DNA of 64,000 nucleotides from Macrostomum hystrix (lineage: Eukaryota > Animalia > Platyhelminthes). Each line of letters starts with the position of its first letter. Positions within the stretch are counted from its first letter, which is position 1. A program made the translations under genes and the position numbers. Shown piece after piece: positions 13,788 to 25,299 of this stretch. The notes below the pieces were generated by a model, which saw only the letters and a program-made list of their open reading frames with translations, did no database searches and was not told the DNA's origin. The stretch lies in NCBI GenBank assembly GCA_950097015.1, contig CATNEN010000003.1:15810001-15874000 (forward strand). The letters are read 5' to 3'.

Positions 13788-14330
13788 CAGGGGTAGGCAA
13801 ACTTATTTGCTGGCGGGCCAAAGAGAGAGCCTAAAAGACGACAGCGGGCCGCATTGACTGTATAAATATGAAATAGGGGAGAGATGAGACACGGGAGAGA
13901 TGAGACACAGGAAAGATGGGACACGAGAGAGATGAGACAGGGAAGAGATTAGACACGGGAGAGATTAGACACGAAAGAGATTAGACACGGGAGAGATTAG
14001 ACATGGGAGAGATTAGACACGGGAGAGATGAGACACGGGAGAGATTAGACACGGGAGAGATAAGACAGGGAAGATATTAGACACGGGAGAGATAAGACAG
14101 GGGAGAGATTAGACACGGGAGAGATTAGACACGGGAGAGATGAGACACGGGAGAGATTAGACACGGGAGAGATAAGACAGGGAAGAGATGAGACACGGGA
14201 AAGATGAGACACGGGAGATATTTCACGAGAGATGAAACAGGAAACTGTAGATGTCAGAAGGGGCAACGGGCCGGATTTGGGAGCTTCAAGGGCCGCATCT
14301 GGCCCGCGGGCCGGAGTTTGCCGACCCCTG
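13788..14330. mobile_element. Non-autonomous hAT-type element with internal ~17-18 bp minisatellite
   Basis: TIRs caggggtaggcaaac / gtttgccgacccctg; perfect 8-bp TSD ctgtaaag (13780-13787 and 14331-14338); internal gagagat(t/g)agacacgg repeats. Confidence 0.9.
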
Positions 14331-14860
14331 CTGTAAAGTCTCGTTCATGCAGACCAAAACACACGACAGTAATTCTAACGTGTTCCAATGACTACTACGA
14401 TCGAAGATACTTACGCAGGAGCTGCACTCTCAGAATTAGGGGGTGGCGGTTTGGCTCATGTACGCACATAGCTCGTAGATTGAACGAGAGCTACTAGTGC
14501 AGAAAATGAAACTGTGAAACTATATCTTCAATGTCGCGTTAATTTCTTTTTCAGGGTTATCGTGATTTCGTAGTGTGAGGTGGGTGCATGTGACTCCCAT
14601 TAATATGGAATTGGCTGCCGAGCAAGGCGCCTATTCTCAGTTCACCATGAGTTGTTTACAATCTCTTTTTTTCTGTTTGCGTTAAAGTTTAAACTATTCA
14701 CCGTATTTTAATTGTGCGGTGTCCGAATTTTCACGTGCCAAAAGCACGTTTAAGTAAGTTAATAGAAGCGACTGTATAGGTCACGCTTTAATTCAAAGTC
14801 TGAGGGACTAATAAAATCAGCCATCAAGTGTGTGAAGCGGCAAAAAAAATAATTTATATA

Positions 14861-16102
14861 CACTCAGCAACATTTAAAACGCAACACTCTAACTAGAAGA
14901 AAAATCAACTCACTCAGAAGAGTCAAAGCGCATAGTCTATGGTTCAAATCGAGCTTCAGAAACGCGTGTAGCCTCCTCTCGCAAGTAACAGGGCGTTGAC
15001 TCGACGTGGCATTCCCAGAACAAGGCGTCGAAAAAAGTCCTGGGGAATTTCCTGCCACGCGTTAGCAACAGCGTTTCGCAGTTCAGCGACTGTCTGCGGC
15101 GGATTCTGCCGTTGAACACTCCGCTTGATAAAGGCCCAGACATGTTCAATTGGGTTCATATCAGGGGATCTTGAAGGCCACCGAAGATGCAGTTTGCAGT
15201 TTGCGACGCCACCAAAGTGGTTGTTAACAAAAGGGAGCAGATGCGTCTGCAGCAAACGAGCGTACTCATCGCCGTTCACGTTTGCGTCTAAGAAAACCAG
15301 CTGGGTCCTGCCTCGCATTGAAATCCCTGCCCACACGTGTACGGAGGGTCCCTGCCCATCGCAGCTTTGCACGTGCTGCTGCAGAAGCTCTTGCCGTGGC
15401 TCACGCCAGACGCGAATTCGACCATCACTGCGAAAAAGACGAAACCGACTCTCGTCTGTAAAGATAACGCGCTGCCACTGTCCTTGCCGCCAGTGCGCCC
15501 GCTGCATGGCCCACAGTTCCCTGTTAGCGACATGTGCAGGACTCAGGCGCGGCCTCCTCCGCATTTTTCTTGACCGCAATCCTGCAGCGTGAATCCTGCG
15601 GCGAATCGTCTGCGCGCTGAGAACGTTGCCTCTGCGGCTTCTCTCTGCCCACATCAATCGCAGGAGTGTGGCAGGCAGTGTGGGGTTTCCACGCACTATT
15701 CTCAGCAGACGTCGATCTGCCCTCGCTGTTGTACTGCGAAGTTGGTGAAGCACCGTACCTTTTCTCGCGTGAGCCACGCTTCCAGTGGCTCTGCTCTTCT
15801 GTAGCAGACGTAAAACTGTTGAAGGCGACCTCCCGAAGTGGTTCGCAACTGTTCGAAGAGTACAACCTGCTTCCAACATTCCGACTGCTCGCCATCTTTC
15901 CGCGTCTGTCATCTGTTGAACCATTCTCTCAGCTGGATCACTCTGTCTGAAAACAGTCCATAGTCATCGCCCTGTTACTTGCGAGAGGAGGCTACACGCG
16001 TTTCTGAAGCTCGATTTGAACCATAGACTATGCGCTTTGACTCTTCTGGGTGAGTTGATTTTTCTTCTAGTTAGAGTGTTGCGTTTTAAATGTTGCTGAG
16101 TG
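14861..16102 (-). mobile_element. Tc1/mariner element (1242 bp) with ~141-bp TIRs
   Basis: TIRs at 14861-15001 and 15962-16102 (cactcagcaacattt... / ...aaatgttgctgagtg), flanked by TA, with an internal transposase ORF. Confidence 0.95.
14956..15924 (-). pseudogene. Tc1-family transposase, open frame but missing the second catalytic Asp segment
   Basis: HTH N-terminus, VIFTDESRF (first D) and WPSRSPDMNPIEHVW (E) are present. The usual QQDNAxxH segment between them is absent (FGGVANCKLHLRWPS). Confidence 0.85.
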
Positions 16103-16424
16103 TATATCATAGACAATTATAATTAATGGAATTAATAATTTTTGGTCGGTTTTATTTTCTTTTCAAAATAGTGCAAAAATTATGGCTTAGCTTATGAAAT
16201 TCATCAGTAAAAAATTTTTTTGTTTTACAGTAATTGCGACGGAAATCAACTAGTTTCTATCGGACTATACGCTCGTATCTTTTTTCGATTTTGCCACCAA
16301 TACAGTTTGACAGAAGGAAGTTAATAGGACGTATAATTAGGAAGTATAAACTATTGATATGTCGAGCATCTTGATTAAATATGTTATGTGTTCCTGGTAG
16401 TCATTGTACGATTGTCCACAGCGT

Positions 16425-17210
16425 CTAGACATTCAGAGCGCAGTACAAGTACAGCGCCAACTCGTAGTCATCACTGGGCAGCATGCTGGTCATCATATCC
16501 TTCTTAATCTTCAGCCAGGTCTTCTGATTGGCGATGTGAGGATTGACTTCTGAGGGATCGCGCAGCGGCTTATCGATGCTACGAGTGAAAAACACGTAGC
16601 GGTAGAGATTGCCGCTCCACTGCACGGTGCCGTTGTTCAGACTGACCTTCCTGCCGTACATCAGGTTGGGCTCCCGCACTTCCAGTGCAATCAGTCACAG
16701 CACTTCCAATATGCCATTTTTGTCGACATCCGTGGCGCAAAGGCAGACATCCGTCGATGGCGGCGTTGACACCAGCTTCGAGTACTCGACGGAAGCACCG
16801 TGCCAAACCTCCTGCATGTGCAGGGCGTGGGTGACGCGATCCAGTGTGTTGTACTCGCGAATGTCATAATCGGGATCGTCCATGTGACTGAGGACTCGAT
16901 CAAGGGCACGCATGCCAGGCGTGACAAACATAGCATCGACAGGAATGTCTGGGGCGTTCAACAGAATCGCTTGGTCGTCTCGCAGATCCGCGTTCACGGT
17001 CGGTATGATGTTCTTCGACGTAGCGTCGGCCTTGAAGTAGTACTTCAGATCGCCGACCGTCAGCGAGTGAATGCCGTGAGCCACTAGACCAGGGAATCTA
17101 TTGGAGGTGCCGGCCTTCTTAAGAACCGCCTGGCAATCGTTCAGTGGCGCCGTTGCACACACTGTGATGGCAAACACCATCAGCAGGTGGAATTGTGTTG
17201 CGTAGTGCAT
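16425..17210 (-). CDS. Intronless putative secreted His/Cys-containing protein (261 codons) interrupted by one in-frame TGA at 16695-16697
   Basis: Signal-peptide-like N-terminus (MHYATQFHLLMVFAITVCA). The two track ORFs are in the same frame: GAA GTG CTG TGA CTG ATT GCA CTG GAA GTG CGG. A TATA box lies upstream and AATAAA downstream (16151-16156 on minus). Confidence 0.75.
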
Positions 17211-17308
17211 CTCGCGATTCAGAAGTACAGTTTATTGAAACAAGTCAAAGATTCCAACAGTGTTTGCTAACTATGCTTGGCTTCTTCATTGCCGATTTTC
17301 TGCGTCAT

Positions 17309-17316
17309 ATTTATAC
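17309..17316 (-). promoter_or_regulatory. Candidate TATA box for the secreted-protein gene
   Basis: gtataaat on the minus strand about 100 nt upstream of the ATG at 17210. Confidence 0.45.
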
Positions 17317-17573
17317 TTTTTTTAATGACAACAGTTTTATCTTATCAAGGACAAAATCATATCTTGTTTTTATACAACATTTTTTCTAGCATAACCCAAA
17401 CAAGCTGAACAAGGCTTGGCCAAGTCGCTCGCACTTATCTCCGATCCCCGTTGCAATCTATTTTACTGGCTTTTTCCGAAAAAACAAATTATTGTAAATA
17501 CTTTGTCTCAGCTATTACGAACTTCCTTGTTATTGCTGCTGCACTTTTCAGTAAGCCAAAACAAGTAATAGAG

Positions 17574-17624
17574 ATAGACTGACTGACTGACTGACTGACT
17601 GACTGACTGACTGACTGACTGACT
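17574..17624. repeat. (GACT)n microsatellite
   Basis: About 11-12 consecutive gact units. Confidence 0.95.
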
Positions 17625-17971
17625 TTCGCGTAGATTTAATCGATTTTAGCGAAAGCTTTTGCTAAATGATGCACTTAAACCAGTTAAACACTCTTTTATT
17701 TAAATAGTTATGAAATGGAAGAAATAAATGGATACCATCAAGCACAGGAAATGGATCATCCAGAAATGGATGAAATAAAACCGCATTAGAAATCCATGGT
17801 TCACTGTACAATTCGCCATGCATCTCATTGCATTGCAGATTTCTAAAAAAATTACAGGATTGGTATTGTTAAATATTTACTTAGAATTAGGAAAATAAAA
17901 CCAACACAAAGCAGTGGATTATAACTGCACGGAATTAAATGGACGAACAAGAAAAGACGTCGAAATGAACA

Positions 17972-19213
17972 TCAAAGCAGCGAAGACAGCGCCGATGATG
18001 AAGCACTGCTCGGCAGGTAGCCGTGTCCGTTTCTGGCCGCGCTTTCCGCTCCGTCACCATTTTCGATCCCACTCGATCGCAGCTGCTGTTGAACACCGTC
18101 AAGCTGCAGGAGGCGCCGGCAGGTCAGCAGGCGGTTGAGACGTCGCAGTCGAGTGTCTCGATCGCGTAGCTCTTGCCGAAGACGGCGGAGCTCCGCGTCT
18201 TTCTCTGCCAGCTGCCTCTCCAGAGGTTCGGTTTCAGCTCTGACAGCAGCCAGCAGGGCATCCTGCAGCACCTGGGCCACGGTGGCTACGCAGGACTCGG
18301 CACACGATTCAGCGCTACCGACGCCAACTGGGTAGACATCGTCTGACAGTGTCGGCGAAGTTGCCGCAGTTGTAGCCGCGGTGGTCTCCCGTGATAATAT
18401 CGGCGATTGTGGCAGCTTGAAAGTAACGTGAGTTGCTTTAACCGGCGTGGGCGTCTTTGGTTGAATCTGCACCGGCTGCGGCGGCGCGGGCTGCGGTTGC
18501 AGTTGCGGCGGCAAATCCGATGGGCTGGTTGGCGGGGGCTTTGAGACCTGTCGATTCCCCACAGACCCGGATACAGAGAAAGCCCTCGGTCGAGTTCTGA
18601 GTGGCTGCGTCACCGGTGGCGGCTTTGTATGAGCCAAAGAATGCAGATGCAGATGCAGCAGACGCCGATGTTGCTGGCAATGATTAGCGCCGACTGTAAT
18701 TCTTGCTGCCACAGCTCTTCGAGGACAACGCGTTTCGTGTATGTAGCCAACCTGCTGAATCGTCCAAACAACTTCGCCGACACCGTAGCTCCCGCCGCCC
18801 TCGTCGCAGCCGTCGTGCTCGCCGCGGTTGTCCGACAGGCGTCGCTGATGATGGCGCACTCCGCGGCTACGTCGACGACATCCGCAGGCAGCACCCGATG
18901 CTGTCGCCTCTGCCTCAGCCACCGCAACCAGTTCAATGTCGCTTGGCAGGCATGCCTTTTTGTTAGAAGACCTGTTCTGGTCGATGCCGTCGTACAGTGC
19001 GGTGGCCGCTGCGATAGCTGCCAACGCCGGACAGTCCGGATCGAGGACGTAGACGTCGCTAACGGAGACGGCGACTGAAGAAACGCCGGTGCCGCCCCAC
19101 TGCATACGGTACTCCTGAAAGCGAACCGGCTTAAATCGAGACGGTCGCCTATTGCCGACAGCGTGACACGGATGAGGCTGATGCGCTGACGAGGAAAGCT
19201 TCTGGTCCTGCAT
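17972..19213 (-). CDS. Uncharacterised 413-aa protein, Pro/Thr-rich centre and C-terminal coiled coil
   Basis: GC-rich single-exon ORF in AT-rich flanks with a heptad-like tail (LERQLAEKDAELRRLRQELRDRDTRLRRL). TATA-like sequence near 19381-19388 and AATAAA near 17695-17700 on minus. No recognised family. Confidence 0.55.
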   Translation of the reverse strand: MQDQKLSSSAHQPHPCHAVGNRRPSRFKPVRFQEYRMQWGGTGVSSVAVSVSDVYVLDPDCPALAAIAAATALYDGIDQNRSSNKKACLPSDIELVAVAEAEATASGAACGCRRRSRGVRHHQRRLSDNRGEHDGCDEGGGSYGVGEVVWTIQQVGYIHETRCPRRAVAARITVGANHCQQHRRLLHLHLHSLAHTKPPPVTQPLRTRPRAFSVSGSVGNRQVSKPPPTSPSDLPPQLQPQPAPPQPVQIQPKTPTPVKATHVTFKLPQSPILSRETTAATTAATSPTLSDDVYPVGVGSAESCAESCVATVAQVLQDALLAAVRAETEPLERQLAEKDAELRRLRQELRDRDTRLRRLNRLLTCRRLLQLDGVQQQLRSSGIENGDGAESAARNGHGYLPSSASSSALSSLL

Positions 19214-20629
19214 GTCTGCCTGTTTTGAGGGAGCTGTTGCCTTTTCTCAAACCAACAAACTGGCTGACATTGCGCTTTTGTTATAGTCTGTATCACCGGG
19301 ACAGGCCCGTAGATTTTGGCCGAGCGGTCACATCCAGCCAGAGTAAAACTTGATGGCTGAATTTTGTGAATCGGGGGGGATTATATATTATTGTAGGGAC
19401 CTCCGATCTATCCTGGCCTTTCAAAAACGTTTTTCATAATGATATGTCCATTCTTTCCTCTATATCCAATGTGCACAAGCCAACACGCACCGTACACACA
19501 CATTGGCGCTTTGAATGATTACGTAATATTCGTTTTCAATCTCTCCCTCACCCCTCCCTGTATCGCCTCTCACCACACAAATGTACATCAAACGAGAAAA
19601 CAGCGTGCCCAGTAAAAATGACTGGCCTTGGAAAAGTCTAGACCCCGATTGACAGCCTGGGCTAGGCAGACAAGTATTGAGGCCGCGGTTATGCGAATAA
19701 TGGAGTCTAGAATAGTTTGTTGTGTTGCGTCATAAATAATTTCTATGAAGCTATACAGAAACCTCGATAATTAATCAAAAAGACATGATACCATTTTTAA
19801 CCCTAAGTTTTTTCAGTCAGTTTTTTTATTTTCAAGGCGATAGAATCCATTGTTTTTAAACTTTAAATAGTTTGCCAACCATATACACAAAAGCTTTGTG
19901 TTCAAGCTTTGTGTAACAGCCTTGTTAAAATACGAGGTTCTACTAGTGGGCTAAGTGATCAGCGACAGTTGTTCTTCAAAATCAATAAATTAATGAAATT
20001 TATTTAACTGATATAACAATTATTAATATATGAGATATAATATAAATATAAAATAAAATAATAATAATAAAATAATGAATATCATATAAAAAATATTATA
20101 TATATAGACGCCCAGATAAGTTTTTGTCTGCTTTTAATCAATTAGTTTTTCCGCAGTTCTTAAATTCTGTTAAAAAATTGCTGGTAAAACACTGAGATAT
20201 CATAGAATCGCGCGCATTTTTTGTTGTGATAAACTATAAAAAACTAAATTGTTCAGATTCCACCACGATATTAACCATTTCCTTCGCAGTAGATATTGAC
20301 TAGACTCTGGCCTTTCTAGTTTTTTGCTTTCGCTTTCAAAACAAAGAGTTTCATCTTGATCTTGATATTGAAGTTGGTATTGCTACTGCAATGAGTAGTA
20401 TTATACGACTGGAAAAAATTTAAAGCAGCTAAAGTTAAGAAAATAAATTAGACTCTGCAACGACAGTACACTTGCTTGTGATTGGACGAGGCCCAGGTAG
20501 GGTATAAATTTTTTTGAAAGCTTTCTATTTAAATGTAGATGTAGGAAATCTATCAATAAAACAAGTAAAATTTTAGAATTGTACAAAACATTAATACGAG
20601 CTATCAGTGCAGAATTTACTAAATTGGTA

Positions 20630-20762
20630 ATGTCGAAAGTTAGAGTACGGGCTGATGTGAAAGACGATGAAGATTCTGAAATTGAGCAGCAGCAGCAGCA
20701 GCAGCAGCATCACACGCGGTTGAGGAAATATTCTGTTGTTGATCCACAAATTGATCTACTAT
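20630..20762 (+). CDS. Candidate alternative first coding exon 1a of the stomatin-like gene (MSKVRVRADV...polyQ...DPQIDLL)
   Basis: ATG, 133 nt, ending at a consensus GTGAGT donor in phase 1, compatible with the acceptor at 38333. Confidence 0.5.
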
Positions 20763-20869
20763 GTGAGTTCAAAATCTTTTCGGTTTAATTTATTATCGGA
20801 CCATTCTATGACTTATTTTAATGGTCACAATTAGCCGATAAAAGCACTTAAAATGTGAAGAAATATTAA

Positions 20870-22282
20870 CTGAGATTCACTGACTTTCACTGAGATTCAC
20901 TGAGTTTCACTGAGATTCACTGAGATTCACTGAGATTCACTGAGATTCACTGAGATTCACGGAGATTCACTGAGATTCACTGAGATTCCCTGAGATTCAT
21001 TGAGATTCACTGAGATTCATTGAGATTCACTGAGATTCATTGAGATTCACTGAGATTCATTGAGATTCACTGAGATTCATTGAGATTCACTGAGATTCAC
21101 TGAGATTCACTGAGATTCATTGAGATTCACTGAGATTCATTGAGATTCACTGAGATTCACTGAGATTCACTGAGATTCACTGAGATTCACTGAGATTCAC
21201 TGAGATTCACTGAGATTCCCTGAGATTCATTGAGATTCACTGAGATTCACTGAGATTCACTGAGATTCACTGAGATTCACTGAGATTCACTGAGATTCAC
21301 TGAGATTCATTGAGATTCACTGAGATTCATTGAGATTCACTGAGATTCACTGAGATTCACTGAGATTCACTGAGATTCACTGAGATTCACTGAGATTCAC
21401 TGAGATTCACTGAGATTCACTGAGATTCATGGACATTCACTGACATTCATGGACATTCACTGACATTCATGGACATTCACTGACATTCATGGACATTCAC
21501 TGACATTCATGGACATTCACTGACATTCATGGACATTCACTGACATTCATGGACATTCACTGACATTCATGGACATTCACTGACATTCATGGACATTCAC
21601 TGACATTCACTGGCATTCACTCACATTCACTCACATTCACTCACATTCACTCACATTCACTCACATTCACTCACATTCACTGATATTCACTGGCATTCAC
21701 TCACATTCACTCACATTCACTCGCATTCACTCAAATTCACTCACATTCACTCACATTCACTCACATTCACTCACATTCACTCACATTCACTGATATTCAC
21801 TGACATTCACTCACAATTACTCACATTCACTCACATTCACTGATATTCACTGACATTCACTGACATTCACGGACATTCACGGACATTCACTGAAATTCAC
21901 GGACATTCACTCACATTCACTCACATTCACTCACATTCACTCACATTCACTCACATTCACTCAAGACACTTAACTCTGTGTTGCTTCAGTTCACCCAGCT
22001 GTTAAATGGGTACCAGCATTAGCTGGGATAATTGAAGGTGGGTGTGGCGTCCCCCCAATCCATGGACTGAACAGCTGTACGCAGCCTTCAGATGCGCCGC
22101 GCAATAGCTGCGGCTGTGCTGTCGGCTGCACATCTGACCCAATTGGGGCAGGTGTTATCAATTATTATTATAATTATTATTCACTCACATTCACTTACAT
22201 TCACTCACATTCACTCAAATTCACTGACATTCACTGACATTCACTCACATTCACTGACATTCACTGACATTCACTGACATTC
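20870..22282. repeat. 10-bp minisatellite (actgagattc > actgacattc/atggacattc > actcacattc), interrupted by a SINE
   Basis: Direct inspection; unit variants change progressively along the array. Confidence 0.95.
21962..22180 (+). mobile_element. 5'-truncated family 1 CORE-type SINE with (ATT)n tail inserted in the minisatellite
   Basis: caagacacttaactctg...cacccagctgttaaatgggtacc...catggactgaacagc...attattattataattattat. Confidence 0.85.
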
Positions 22283-22587
22283 GCAGTTTTGTATAAGGTT
22301 GAAAAGACGAACCAGCAGCGAGAAGTTCGGTATTTTGTGAGAAATCTAGCAGACCGAATTCATCCAAATCTGGTTCGAACAGCGCCATATCGAAATGACA
22401 TGACCATCTGTGATTTGAAATTCTTTTTGCAACGAGAAAATGCGAACCACTGAAAAGGGTTCGACAGTTTTAGGGATGCTTTTTGTGAGGGGAATTGTTG
22501 TCCCCCAAATTTTTAACATTCCAATAGATTTGATTTGGGAGTTTTACACGGTTGCCGCTAAAATGTTTTGGGCATATTGCAATTAAT

Positions 22588-22772
22588 TTTTCCTCAGGTA
22601 CTTCAGGTAGTTAGACTATTTACCTCAGGTACTTCAGGTAGTTAGACTATTTCCCTCAGTACTTCAGGTAGTTAGACTATTTCCCTCAGGTACTTCGGGT
22701 AGTTAGACTATTTCCCTCAGGTACTTCAGGTAGTTAGACTATTTACCTCAGGTACTTCAGTTAGTTAGTCTA
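22588..22772. repeat. ~30-31 bp tandem repeat tttccctcaggtacttcaggtagttagacta (about 6 copies)
   Basis: Direct inspection. Confidence 0.9.
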
Positions 22773-23134
22773 TGTGGTGGTAAAAACACACAACTTAAAT
22801 GAAACGGTTTTAAGGAAAGTAATTAATTATTCGTTTTCTTCTCGCCAGTTTTCACTGTACTTTAGGCAAAGACTTTTAACACACAGATAAATCAATTTAT
22901 TTTCAACCGTCTGCAGTCTTAGTAATAAGATGAATATAGCAAACAATTAATTAATTGTTAAATTATTTGCCAATTTATTATGCGGGAAATCTGCATTTAG
23001 TTCATTTTCTTTGCACTTCCATCACGAATAATTAGATCACTTATCCCGCCGATTTATAAGGAACCACAAATTATACAAACTGCCACCTAGCCATGAGTAG
23101 AGACAACAATTAGAAAAGAAGTGATTTGAGGTAC

Positions 23135-24633
23135 CCCTCCGTCACTCCATCCCTCCGTCACTCCATCCCTCCGTCACTCCATCCCTCCGTCACTCCATCC
23201 ATCCGTCACTCCATTCCTTCATCACTCCATCCCTCCGTCACTCCATTCCTCCGTCACTCCATCCCTCCGTCACTCCATCCCTCCGTCACTCCATCCCTCC
23301 GTCACTCCATTCCTTCATCACTCCATCCCTCCGTCACTCCATTCCTCCGTCACTCCATTCCTTCATCACTCCATCCCTCCGTCACTCCATCCCTCCGTCA
23401 CTCCATCCCTCCGTCACTCCATCCCTCCGTCACTCCATTCCTTCATCACTCCATCCCTCCGTCACTCCATTCCTCCGTCACTCCATTCCTTCATCACTCC
23501 ATCCCTCCGTCACTCCATTCCTCCGTCACTCCATTCCTCCGTCACTCCATCCCTCCGTCACTCCATCCCCCGGTCACTCCATCCTTCCGTCACTCCATCC
23601 ATCTGTCACTCCATCCCTCCTTCACTCCATCCCTCCGTCACTCCATCCCTCCGTCACTCCATCCCTCCGTCACTCCATCCATCTGTCACTCCATCCCTCC
23701 TTCACTCCATCCCTCCGTCACTCCATCCTCCCGTCACTCCATCACTTCATCACTCCATCCTTCCGTCACTCCATCACTTCATCCCTCCGTCACTCCATCC
23801 CTCCGTCACTCCATCCTCCCGTCACTCCATCCCTCTATCCCTCCGTCACTCCGTCACTCCATCCCTCCGTCACTCCATCCCTCTGTCACTCCGTCACTCC
23901 ATCCCTCCGTCACTCCATCCCTCCGTCACTCCATCCCTCCGTCACTCCGTCACTCCATTCCACCGTCCCTCCATCCCTCCGTCACTCCATCCTTCCGTCA
24001 TTCCATCCCTCCGTCACTCCATCCTCCCGTCACTCCATCCCTCCGTCACTCCATCCTTCCGTCACTCCATTCCTCCGTCACTCCATCCCTCCGTCACTCC
24101 ATCCTCCCGTCACTCCATCACTTCATCACTCCATCCTTCCGTCACTCCATCACTTCATCCCTCCGTCACTCCATCCCTACGTCACTTCATTCCTCCGTCA
24201 CTCCATCCCTCCGTCACTCCATTCCTCCGTCACTCCATTCCTCCGTCACTCCATTCCTCCGTCACTCCATTCCTCCGTCACTCCATTCCTCCGTCACTCC
24301 ATTCCTCCGTCACTCCATTCCTCCGTCACTCCATTCCTCCGTCACTCCATTCCTCCGTCACTCCATTCCTCCGTCACTCCATTCCTCCGTCACTCCATTC
24401 CTCCGTCACTCCATCCCTCCGTCACTCCATCCCTCCGTCACTCCGTCACTCCATCCCTCCGTCACTCCCTCCCTCCGTCACTCCGTCACTCTATCCTTAC
24501 GTCACTCCATCCCTCCGTCACTCCGTTACTCCATCCCTCCATCACTCCCTCCCTCCGTCACTCCGTCACTCCATCCCTCCGTCACTCCATCCCTCCGTCA
24601 CTCCCTCCCTCCGTCACTCCGTCACTCCATCCC
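23135..24633. repeat. 16-bp minisatellite ccatccctccgtcact
   Basis: Direct inspection; it accounts for the spurious 538-aa ORF. Confidence 0.95.
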
Positions 24634-25299
24634 TAAGTCGCATTGCAATAGCCACAGAATTATAAGCAAGAAAGCATTGGGAATCTATGATATTGCTATA
24701 GGAAGATGGGGATTAGAGAGAGAAAGAGATTTGAAAGACTGAGCGGGATGAATTGAAGATGTTTGTGAGGCAGCAAGGATAGAAATGCATGACACAACTG
24801 CAAAAAAGCCCCTCGGCAACACGAAACAATGGGATATCTGTTTCCCGTAGGATATAAGTCTACTAGAAGCACAGCGGATCAATGGACTGCACTGGGTTTG
24901 GCGGTGAAACTCCTCTTTTCATGCAAACCGACCCTTTTCCAACTTCCTTCCTGTCTTTCTTCTATTTAACTGTGAACTCTTTGTTTTAGTCATTTTTTTT
25001 AAAAAAGGCACTCAATAGACTTGAAGCTTCTGAGACTAAATTTTGATGAACTTTTGAAAGCTAAAAATGCAACTGCAGGATTCATTGTTAACGATTTTTA
25101 GAGAAATTTTTGCCTTTTTCACTAACTGCACCAACAGCTTCTACTAGTTGTATGCCGAATATGACTTAAAACCCAAGATTTTATTCTTGTTAATGCTCGT
25201 TCCTATTCTTCATGCTTTTTCCCTTTTAATCTGAACAACTTCTTCTCACTCTCACTCTCCCTTTTCTTGAATTTTTCTCATTTTATCTGATATGTAAAT

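Noticed and set aside
16330-16410. SECIS candidate (ATGA...AA...GA) in the 3' UTR of the TGA-containing gene
   Set aside because: The arms between the ATGA and GA do not base-pair.
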